DNA of 41,820 nucleotides from a virus: UHGV virus genome UHGV-1357484; one strand, 5' to 3'. Shown piece by piece: positions 34,548 to 41,704 of this stretch (position 1 is its first letter; each line of letters starts with the position of its first letter). The notes under the pieces were generated by a model. It saw only the letters and a program-made list of their open reading frames with translations, ran no database searches and was not told where the DNA came from. The position numbers and the translations under genes were made by a program.

Positions 34548-36051
34548 TTTGAGCCTTGCCAAATCTTCCAGTTCTCGACGTTTGGTCCAGTACCTCGTTT
34601 CTATTTGGCTCAACGCTGCCACCTCCATACTCGCCGTCTGGGTAAGATTGCCCGCTTTCGACGTCAATCATTTCGTTTTCGTAATCAACATCTGTGACGA
34701 ACGGAATCTGACTTTGAATGGTACGTTTAGAAACATACGGTGCTAATTTTGGTAGGGCTTCAGCCAAGTAACTTAAATCTGTTGGCAGCGAACGAGAGAA
34801 GGTGAAAATGATCTTCTCCGGATCAATTGTAACTTTCTCGGCAAAATTCAAATAAGCAGCCATAACTTCGGCACACTCTTTCAATCCTTCTCGAAAGTAC
34901 TGTTCTTTGGTATTTGTCTTAGCTTCTAAACTAATGATTTGCCACTTTCGGGCTTCCCCAGAACTATTCGACTTAAAGACTTCGTCATTGAAATCAATTG
35001 CTTTACACACCGTGTAGAATTGCTTTTTAAGAAGATCAAAATGATACTCGTTGAAATCCTTTTGTAGATCCTTTGTCACGTAGCCGGCTTTCGCATTAGG
35101 GTCTTTCAGATTGATTATACCCAGCTGCTCCATCATCGCTTTCGCTTTATCCTCAGAAAGATCAGCACCAGTGATCAGCATATAAGCTAACTTGAATTGT
35201 TCAATCTCGTTCTGCTGATCAGATAAAACACGATCAATAGCATCACTAATCTCCTCTGCAACTTCAAAGTCACAGTAACGGTTTGTATTGTTTTTAAACT
35301 CCGTTAGATTGATAACGCCTAAAGGATTAGGAACATTACCCAGCGGTTTAAATGCTCCTTGTACCGTGCCAGGGTAATCAGTATATCGAGCATAAGTAAA
35401 TATTGATTCCGGCGTGACAACCTTCATCTCTTCATAAAACTTCTTTTGATATGGATCGTATTTCTCTTTAATGTACACTGCGCCGTTTTCGTACTTTTCA
35501 GCTTTCCACGGCTCAATGTTGCTTGCTCTTAGTTCCCAACCATCATTTGTCTCAACAGGCTCCAGTAATCTGAAAGCAAGCCCTGTCGCTCCTTGAAATG
35601 TTGCAGTATCGGGGTCTAACATTCCAAACCGCATAGTACTTAATTGTCTCGTGAGTGTTTCAAATTCTTCTGGGGTAGAAGGGGCGCTGATATCATTACC
35701 CAGTAATTTGTCTCTCATTCGTTGAATGAATGTCCTTTTCTGTTCCGAAACATCATAATCCCATTTAATTGGTATTCCTGTGAAATGGTTAACTGCTTGA
35801 TCAACGACCACTGAATACATTCCCGCATGAATCTTGTTATTGACCTTAATGATTTTTGTTTTTGGTTTCTCACGACTGTCGATCTCGTTTTTCTCGCTAG
35901 TATAAGCAAGATACTTTCTTTCTCGATCATCGAAAAAGGGTTTCATATCTTCCATAAAAGCGTTAGGATCAAAAAGTTTCTCTTCAATTTGAGTTGAATA
36001 TTTAGTTCTTAAACGTTTATATTTTTTCAATGTGATTTCTGAATAAAACAA
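34516..36051 (-). CDS. Portal protein (SPP1 gp6-like)
   Basis: 511 aa immediately after TerL. Portal-family sequence features. Confidence 0.8.
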   Translation of the reverse strand: MFYSEITLKKYKRLRTKYSTQIEEKLFDPNAFMEDMKPFFDDRERKYLAYTSEKNEIDSREKPKTKIIKVNNKIHAGMYSVVVDQAVNHFTGIPIKWDYDVSEQKRTFIQRMRDKLLGNDISAPSTPEEFETLTRQLSTMRFGMLDPDTATFQGATGLAFRLLEPVETNDGWELRASNIEPWKAEKYENGAVYIKEKYDPYQKKFYEEMKVVTPESIFTYARYTDYPGTVQGAFKPLGNVPNPLGVINLTEFKNNTNRYCDFEVAEEISDAIDRVLSDQQNEIEQFKLAYMLITGADLSEDKAKAMMEQLGIINLKDPNAKAGYVTKDLQKDFNEYHFDLLKKQFYTVCKAIDFNDEVFKSNSSGEARKWQIISLEAKTNTKEQYFREGLKECAEVMAAYLNFAEKVTIDPEKIIFTFSRSLPTDLSYLAEALPKLAPYVSKRTIQSQIPFVTDVDYENEMIDVESGQSYPDGEYGGGSVEPNRNEVLDQTSRTGRFGKAQNGKSNAKETN

Positions 36052-36062
36052 AGACTCACCTC

Positions 36063-37481
36063 CTAATAAGCAATAAACTCAAAGTCATCTGCTTCAATAA
36101 TCGTTTCTGCAATTCCTGTAACTGCATCCGGAGCATCATCATGAGCGTTCTTACCTTCACGTTGATAACTAACCATAGCCTCATAAAAGTCCGGCCAACG
36201 TGTCGCCCAATCATCTGGATAGTAAACATGATTTTCCACCCAAGCGCTGTTCGCCAGTATTCTAGACAGTTTATTATCCGATTGATGAAAGTCTTCAAAT
36301 ACTGCCCCTCGATAGCCACGCTCCTTTGTAATCCTTTCTGAATTTCTTCTGAATCCACGCCCGCCATTGTTTCCTTCAATCCGTACCTTATTAACTCGAT
36401 TGCGAATAATCATATTAGCGTGGGCTATTTCAGTTGTTTCCATCGGCTCTTTTGTATACATGACATCGATAATATAAGCATCATGATCAGACGTCTCAGC
36501 AAAAACAGGAGACGCAAAGTAATCGGCACCCTTGTCGGCGGTGTCGGTGTAGTTCCATATTTTGATAATGTTATCAGGCAACGTATCATAAGTAAGAAAC
36601 TTCTGATATAGCCTGCCTTTTTGGTCAATTGGTTCTTGCTGATAGTTGGCTTCTGCAATATCTACATTCATTTCTTGTACCACATCTAAGTACTCATCGT
36701 GGGTCATAATCTCGTTGCACAACATCGAGCCGTCTTCTTGTACTGCTTTATAACAGATCTGATGAACATTATTTTTTCGTCTCGTCAACATTTTTCCGGC
36801 TAAATCATTACTTGACCAACGTGTCATAATCAATATCTGTTTACGTGGCCGTTCCATACGTTGGGCCAACGTGTTGTTATACCATTCCCAGTGAGAATCT
36901 AAAACACGCTCGTTATAGGCTTCTTCTGCGGTTTTAATGATGTCATCAACAATTACATAATTCGCGCCAATACCAGTGGATGTTCCACCAGGAGAAGTCG
37001 CTAAATAATTCTTTTCTTCTGAACCATCTAAAGACCAGAAACCCTTTGCAGCATCTCCATATTTGATTTGCACCTCTGGAAAAATATCTTTAAAGTATTC
37101 AGCCTTAACATTTTCGTTTTCAACCATGATTCCATCACGTGTTTGTTGCGCAAATAAAGATGACAGGATTTGGTTATAAGATCCGGTAATAATTTTCGTC
37201 TTTGGATTTTGTCCAAACATCCATAAAACGAATAGCCGCGCTGTAAAAGTCTTCCCATGTCGAGGCGGCATGTTAATAACCAAAATTTTTTTGTCGATTT
37301 TATCTTCGTAAAAATCTTGTAGCGTATGACATAAATCTTTCAAATACAACCGATCATCTTTGTAAAACTCTGGATAAAGAAGCTGGCAGAATAGCCAAAA
37401 ACTTTTCCTAGCTTTTCGAATGGCTAGCTCTCTTTGAACAACGGCATACTCAACACGATTAAGAGTCGTTGATTTTTTCAT
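36063..37481 (-). CDS. terL: Terminase large subunit
   Basis: 472 aa. Walker A-like ATPase N-terminus (NMPPRHGKT) and nuclease C-terminus (IMTRWSSNDLAGK). It overlaps TerS. Confidence 0.85.
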   Translation of the reverse strand: MKKSTTLNRVEYAVVQRELAIRKARKSFWLFCQLLYPEFYKDDRLYLKDLCHTLQDFYEDKIDKKILVINMPPRHGKTFTARLFVLWMFGQNPKTKIITGSYNQILSSLFAQQTRDGIMVENENVKAEYFKDIFPEVQIKYGDAAKGFWSLDGSEEKNYLATSPGGTSTGIGANYVIVDDIIKTAEEAYNERVLDSHWEWYNNTLAQRMERPRKQILIMTRWSSNDLAGKMLTRRKNNVHQICYKAVQEDGSMLCNEIMTHDEYLDVVQEMNVDIAEANYQQEPIDQKGRLYQKFLTYDTLPDNIIKIWNYTDTADKGADYFASPVFAETSDHDAYIIDVMYTKEPMETTEIAHANMIIRNRVNKVRIEGNNGGRGFRRNSERITKERGYRGAVFEDFHQSDNKLSRILANSAWVENHVYYPDDWATRWPDFYEAMVSYQREGKNAHDDAPDAVTGIAETIIEADDFEFIAY

Positions 37482-37887
37482 ACCGTTTCACCAACTCTTC
37501 TAATTCTTCATCGGACATTTTCTCATACTGTTTTCGGATATCGACGCCGCCAGAATGTTTGAGTTCTTGTTTGTCTGCATAGATTCCAGCAATAGTCAGA
37601 ATCATTTTCCTATCCTGATGACCTTTTTCAGTCAATGCATACTTGTAAGTGGCATTAAGGACATCAGAAGCTTTTCCTTTGATCAGATCCATTGTTGTTT
37701 CGTTAACTAGATCAACAAAGCCATCTTTGCTCATGGCGTCGTAATATTTGGTCCTACCTATTTTCGCCAGTGAACACAACTCTTGCACCGGTTTGCCTAA
37801 GTTATCTGGATTTATCAATACTTCCAAGAGTTTTTTCTCTGCAGCAGTAGGTTTGTATCTGTTCGCTTTCGTATCGCTTTTTTCCAT
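37459..37887 (-). CDS. terS: Terminase small subunit
   Basis: 142 aa with an N-terminal HTH-like DNA-binding region, directly upstream of and overlapping TerL. Confidence 0.6.
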   Translation of the reverse strand: MEKSDTKANRYKPTAAEKKLLEVLINPDNLGKPVQELCSLAKIGRTKYYDAMSKDGFVDLVNETTMDLIKGKASDVLNATYKYALTEKGHQDRKMILTIAGIYADKQELKHSGGVDIRKQYEKMSDEELEELVKRYEKINDS

Positions 37888-37904
37888 CCTTAATCACCGC
37901 CTCT

Positions 37905-38129
37905 CTATATGTACTTGCTGATATTTTTTTGTACATGATCCTCTTTCCAATGCCCATACCCACAATAAACTAGCTTGCAATGATCAATCTCTACTGGCGT
38001 TGCTTCTCTGGTCATTTCTACAATTGAATACTTCGCCTTCATTTGAACAGACATCACCACACGCTTATGCTGTCCTTTCATCGGCGGCGGGTATTTATTG
38101 TTTAATGACACATACCAGTAAGTTCTCAT
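37905..38129 (-). CDS. HNH endonuclease (terminase-associated)
   Basis: 74 aa. EIDHCKLVYCGYGHWKEDH is a His/Cys-rich HNH-like core. The position directly upstream of terS is as in cos-type phages. Confidence 0.5.
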   Translation of the reverse strand: MRTYWYVSLNNKYPPPMKGQHKRVVMSVQMKAKYSIVEMTREATPVEIDHCKLVYCGYGHWKEDHVQKNISKYI

Positions 38130-38147
38130 TGTTCTGATCCTTTCTAA

Positions 38148-38176
38148 TTGAAACGCAAACGCTGTGATGGTACAAT
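38148..38176 (+). promoter_or_regulatory. Near-consensus sigma70 promoter TTGAAA-N17-TACAAT on the plus strand
   Basis: TTGAAA at 38148-38153, a 17-nt spacer, TACAAT at 38171-38176. It diverges from the HNH gene start. Confidence 0.5.
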
Positions 38177-38183
38177 TCTATTA

Positions 38184-38250
38184 GGAAATCTTCTAACATA
38201 GTTTGTTTTATTTAGTGGACCACTGCGGAAACAGTGGTCTTCTTTTTTTG
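38184..38250 (+). ncRNA. Candidate small noncoding RNA of about 65 nt, from promoter to intrinsic terminator, with no ORF
   Basis: Transcript from about 38184. Terminator hairpin GACCACTG-cggaaa-CAGTGGTC at 38218-38239, then TCTTTTTTT. No ATG in the interval. Confidence 0.4.
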
Positions 38251-38283
38251 TGCGCAAAATAAAACAGCCTCACGAGGAGACTG

Positions 38284-38442
38284 CTAAACTAAGCCTTCAT
38301 TCTTTAACTGCTCATATAGCTTTGTTGCTCTGTTGATTCCAATTCGCATTCTGTGTTGTAAATGAACTGGCTTTAATTTTTGTTCAACCCCGTTAAAGTC
38401 AATTGCTATCTTTCTAGCTTCACTAATTAATTCATCGTCCAT
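38284..38442 (-). CDS. FtsK-gamma-like winged-helix domain protein (52 aa)
   Basis: MDDELISEARKIAIDFNGVEQKLKPVHLQHRMRIGINRATKLYEQLKNEGLV resembles the FtsK gamma (KOPS-binding) domain. GGAGG RBS 11 nt before ATG 38442. The track ORF extends to 38544. Confidence 0.55.
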   Translation of the reverse strand: MDDELISEARKIAIDFNGVEQKLKPVHLQHRMRIGINRATKLYEQLKNEGLV

Positions 38443-38589
38443 AATTATTTTTCCTCCAATAATCGGCCATCGAAAATGTAGGTTTTCGGCCAAAATAAAA
38501 AGACCACTCAATGAGTGATCTAATAAAAATCGGACCAACGCCACTAAAGCTCGCTAGTCCTACAAACAATGATTTGTTTTTTCCTATTG

Positions 38590-38654
38590 ACGTGACCGTG
38601 ATCGAACCGGCGACCTCCTGATTAAAGCGCTCTACCAACTGAGCTGCACGTCTA
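38590..38654 (-). ncRNA. Degenerate tRNA-like element (tRNA-Lys-like; the 5' half of the anticodon stem is missing and the T-arm is non-canonical)
   Basis: The minus strand reads GACGTGC-A-GCTC-AGTTGGTA-GAGC-G-CTTTAATCAGGAGGTC-GCCGGTTCGATCACGG-TCACGTC-A. It has a 6-bp acceptor stem, a canonical D-arm, the TTCGATC T-loop, and an anticodon-loop region like tRNA-Lys(UUU) (CTTTTAATCAG). It is only 65 nt. Confidence 0.4.
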
Positions 38655-39112
38655 AGTCACTGGCAATGAATCGAACATTGCATGATAAAGATTATATATC
38701 CGACTGGTACGCTACTTCATTCACGTTCCCGACCTAGCTTATTAATCACGTCGTTCCCATAACCGAGGAGTACTTTATCTTACGGTCTAAGCGTCTACCC
38801 TTTCCGCCACAGTGACATAATATAAAGGCGGCACGTGAACTTTAAAGAAAACGAAGTCTTTCAACTCCATTCTTATTTATTTTGTGCCGCCAGTGAGCTT
38901 CTAACTGCACCTAAAAGCTCGTTATATACATTGTGCAGATGTTGCCTTCCCTGTTTCCGCAAAGTGGCAGTGTAGTCAAAAAGAGAATAATCCACCAAGC
39001 TAGACGTATATATGTTAAGAGGTATAAGGAGAAACTTCATGCCAATAAAGTTAGGTTGAGTCGTCTGCTTGGTGGATTAATTCATAACTCTCTGATAATA
39101 CTATTTTAGGGT

Positions 39113-39142
39113 ATTGACAAGCGGAATAATACCGCTTTTTTT
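39113..39142 (+). terminator. Plus-strand intrinsic terminator abutting the arpU stop codon
   Basis: AAGCGG-aataat-ACCGCTT hairpin followed by TTTTTTTC on the plus strand. Confidence 0.5.
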
Positions 39143-39143
39143 C

Positions 39144-39605
39144 TCATTCTGGTAGTATTCCACGTTGTTTTGCCAAAGTTTCTAGTATCTTATATCTTTT
39201 ACGATATACACTGCCCGTTGAACAATGAACTTGTTCTGCTATTTCCGTCCAACCAAGATAGTCACTATCGCCCCACATATATTTATCGACAATTTCTTTT
39301 AGTTCGTCACTAAGCAACTCATAGGCATTAGTAATATCAGCATACAACTTTGAGTAGTATAGGTAGCTCTTGTTGTCTTCTCTCTTTATTAAATCAGTCA
39401 GAGCTTTTTCTGTATGAGTTTGACTACCCTTAATCCAAGAATTTGCATCTTCTGGTTTCCACTCTCTAGCAACCAAAGCCTCTGCTATCTTGCTAGGTAT
39501 CTTTTTATATGATCGGAAATCCTCTTCCAAATCCGCTAACTTAGTTTTAGTTAATTCTGACAAGCTTATCCCCCGTTCAATCAACGTATATTTTTTGTTA
39601 TGCAC
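39144..39605 (-). CDS. arpU: ArpU family late-gene transcriptional activator
   Basis: 153 aa. Its C-terminal sigma-region-4-like segment is typical of phage ArpU proteins. It lies upstream of the packaging genes. Confidence 0.7.
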   Translation of the reverse strand: MHNKKYTLIERGISLSELTKTKLADLEEDFRSYKKIPSKIAEALVAREWKPEDANSWIKGSQTHTEKALTDLIKREDNKSYLYYSKLYADITNAYELLSDELKEIVDKYMWGDSDYLGWTEIAEQVHCSTGSVYRKRYKILETLAKQRGILPE

Positions 39606-39621
39606 ATATTAACAGGTTTAT

Positions 39622-39667
39622 CCACAATATATCGTGGGAACTTATTTTCGCCTACAATATATTGTGC
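39622..39667. promoter_or_regulatory. Two near-palindromic operator-like sites (CCACAATATATCGTGG and TACAATATATTGTG) upstream of arpU
   Basis: Read directly at 39622-39637 and 39653-39666. Confidence 0.45.
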
Positions 39668-39693
39668 CTTACATGATAGGCGACATTAGCGGA

Positions 39694-39999
39694 TTAATTA
39701 AATGGTTCTCCCATGTTTAATCTATCCTCACACGCCTTAGTAATCGTTTCTAGCTCTTCTTTATATGTTTTGATGTCGTTAATAGGCTTGTCGCCATGTA
39801 ACACATAATCGCGTTGTAAGCCGATTAAAGCCTTGCTGACATTAGAATAGTAGCCAATAACACTGCGAGCCTCTTCCATTTCGCCTTTAGGAGTTTTTCT
39901 TTCATACAGTTCTCCATCTTCATTTCTCAGCGCTTTACTCAAAATCACTTGACGTGAATCGCTAGTAATTCGATAATCAAATATTTTCATGTCTAACAT
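39694..39999 (-). CDS. Hypothetical phage protein
   Basis: 101 aa. ATGA-type overlap with the upstream gene. Confidence 0.5.
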   Translation of the reverse strand: MLDMKIFDYRITSDSRQVILSKALRNEDGELYERKTPKGEMEEARSVIGYYSNVSKALIGLQRDYVLHGDKPINDIKTYKEELETITKACEDRLNMGEPFN

Positions 40000-40392
40000 T
40001 TATTCCACCTCCAACAACTCTGGGTTAGCAAAAACATTACCGATAACTTCAATATAGGGTTTTAACTGGTACAATAGTAAATCGCCCGCTAACCAAGTTA
40101 AGCTATGTTCTGACCAATTAATAAAATAGTTACCATCTATTTCGATACCAGGACTGTCTTCTTTCTTTTGAAAAGGATGATTAGACACTTTTACTACATC
40201 CCCCTCAAATATTTCCACACCGTTCTTGTCTTTCAGTCCTGTTGATTGCATGAAATTTAGGTTATCAAAATGGATCTCCCATCGATCACCATCTTCCCGT
40301 CCTACATAGGCAATTTTTCTTTCAAAATCAAAGGATATGATAATAACCATTATCTCGTGATATTTATCCCATGCCTTAAAATTCGGTATCAT
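40000..40392 (-). CDS. YopX family protein
   Basis: FKAWDKYHEIM...GLKDKNGVEIFEGDVV...EVIGNVFANPELL are the YopX hallmarks. The start was chosen at ATG 40392; the track ORF starts at 40407. Confidence 0.7.
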   Translation of the reverse strand: MIPNFKAWDKYHEIMVIIISFDFERKIAYVGREDGDRWEIHFDNLNFMQSTGLKDKNGVEIFEGDVVKVSNHPFQKKEDSPGIEIDGNYFINWSEHSLTWLAGDLLLYQLKPYIEVIGNVFANPELLEVE

Positions 40393-40413
40393 ATAATTCA
40401 CTTCCATTTACTA

Positions 40414-40515
40414 TTTTTTGTTGTATAATATGTTTGAGCTAGATCACAATAGTTACTCTATAACCATTATGAATACCCCCTAGCTCACTGACCGCTGTCA
40501 CCTCATATGACGCGG
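40414..40515 (+). ncRNA. Candidate structured small RNA, unit 1: TATAAT -10 box, enclosing GAGCTAG/CTAGCTC stem, intrinsic terminator
   Basis: TATAAT at 40414-40419. tGAGCTAGa, then about 30 nt, then cTAGCTCA. Then GACCGC-tgtcacctcatatga-GCGGTC followed by TTTTTT at 40480-40513. Confidence 0.35.
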
Positions 40516-40630
40516 TCTTTTTTATGGTATAATTCAGACGAGCTAGATTCTTCCTTTTTAATTTCATTAAACTGAAAGCATATTTCAACTAGCTCAGAGA
40601 CCGCTGCCACCCAATATGCAGAGGTCTTTT
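40513..40630 (+). ncRNA. Candidate structured small RNA, unit 2, paralogous to unit 1, with a TGgTATAAT extended -10
   Basis: TGGTATAAT at 40513-40521. cGAGCTAGa, then about 45 nt, then CTAGCTCA. Then an AGACC...GGTCT hairpin followed by TTTTTC. Confidence 0.35.
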
Positions 40631-40634
40631 TCTA

Positions 40635-40665
40635 TGCAATCGCTTCGGTTAGCTGAGAGGCTGAA
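40635..40665 (+). repeat. Partial third unit (TTAGCTGAGAGGCTGAACG followed by TTTTTTT)
   Basis: It shares the TAGCTGAGAG core and the T-run with units 1 and 2. Confidence 0.3.
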
Positions 40666-40701
40666 CGTTTTTTTATTCTCCCCCTCCCAGTTGATCATCA
40701 C

Positions 40702-40986
40702 TCATTCCTCCGATTGGTATTTCTTAATTTTATCCTCGTAAATGGCAATTTCTTCTTTAGTCGCCGGAACTAGTCTATACGTGTCAAATCCAGTTCCAAA
40801 AAGGCAGTAGATATCCTTGTTATCCCATTGATACCAATCTCCCCATGCAAGCTGCGTTAATTCATCCTCTTCTAAAACATCGTTCCAAACATCATGTTTA
40901 GAAATTTTTATGATTTTTGCAAATGCTGGCGGGTTTGCATCAGACAATTTATAAATTTTCCCGATTTCGATATTCGGTATCATCAT
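40702..40986 (-). CDS. Hypothetical phage protein
   Basis: 94-aa, Trp-rich ORF. Confidence 0.5.
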   Translation of the reverse strand: MMIPNIEIGKIYKLSDANPPAFAKIIKISKHDVWNDVLEEDELTQLAWGDWYQWDNKDIYCLFGTGFDTYRLVPATKEEIAIYEDKIKKYQSEE

Positions 40987-41165
40987 TCGCCCTCCTGATT
41001 GGTCAAGTCATTGAAAAGTTGTGTTGCCTTTTCTTCTCCTACTCTTAGACGACGCTTAACTGTGTTTTTTGTGAATAACTCGCCTTCTCCTGTTTCTTCA
41101 AACTCCCTTTTTAATGCTTCCATTTTTTTAAACTCTTCTTGAGTATATGTTTTCACTCGAATCAT
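40983..41165 (-). CDS. Small hypothetical protein (60 aa)
   Basis: ORF with ATGA overlap to the next gene. Confidence 0.45.
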   Translation of the reverse strand: MIRVKTYTQEEFKKMEALKREFEETGEGELFTKNTVKRRLRVGEEKATQLFNDLTNQEGE

Positions 41166-41204
41166 CCTTTCAAAAGTTACGTTATTGCTTCGGTTACCGG
41201 ATCT

Positions 41205-41390
41205 TTAGTGATACAGCATATTTTGGCTGACTATGTTAATTTCAATTATCCTGAACAAGTTTCCTTCACTAGATAAATGATCTACGTAAAACGCACTTGC
41301 TTCTTTTCCCGTAGTAAAAGTTTCAGGAAATAGTTTCCATGGCTTGCCTACTCCTGCGCATGTCATGATTCCGTAGCAGTCTACATTCAT
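41205..41390 (-). CDS. Small hypothetical protein (61 aa from the ATGA-coupled start)
   Basis: ATG at 41390 overlaps the upstream TGA. AGGTGG RBS. Confidence 0.45.
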   Translation of the reverse strand: MNVDCYGIMTCAGVGKPWKLFPETFTTGKEASAFYVDHLSSEGNLFRIIEINIVSQNMLYH

Positions 41391-41698
41391 TCCGCCACCT
41401 CTTTCATTCCCCATTCCGCGAAGGCTTGCAGGACTTGGAGAAACTCTATTTGTGTTAAACGATCTGAAATAATATCGGGCTCCACATCATCCTCAAAGTA
41501 CCAATAAATTGCAGATTCAAAAGAGCATCGTTCTTCCTTTTCCTCCTTCAACCACTCCAACACGACCTGCTGGTTTTCGCTGAGAGGCTTTGACACATTG
41601 ACTAAAAATGATTCTTCCTCAATTCGCTCCCAGTCACTCTCATGAACTCCGTCTAAAAACTCAATGTCTGATAGTAAAACTGCTCTCTCCATTCTCAC
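41387..41698 (-). CDS. Hypothetical acidic phage protein
   Basis: 103-aa ORF. Confidence 0.5.
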   Translation of the reverse strand: MRMERAVLLSDIEFLDGVHESDWERIEEESFLVNVSKPLSENQQVVLEWLKEEKEERCSFESAIYWYFEDDVEPDIISDRLTQIEFLQVLQAFAEWGMKEVAE

Positions 41699-41704
41699 AC
41701 CTAC

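Noticed and set aside
38432-38638. 68-aa minus ORF overlapping the tRNA-like element and the FtsK-gamma-like gene
   Set aside because: It has no RBS, overlaps two better-supported features, and its composition is atypical.
38590-38654. Interpretation of the tRNA-like element as the phage attP core
   Set aside because: It is about 23 kb from the integrase gene, while a separate repeat-rich attP-like region lies immediately 3' of int.
40478-40665. Hairpin plus T-run structures considered as terminators for the flanking minus-strand genes
   Set aside because: The U-tracts are on the plus strand only. On the minus strand the hairpins are preceded by A-runs and not followed by U-runs, so they cannot terminate the minus operon. 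They were reinterpreted as plus-strand sRNA-unit terminators.
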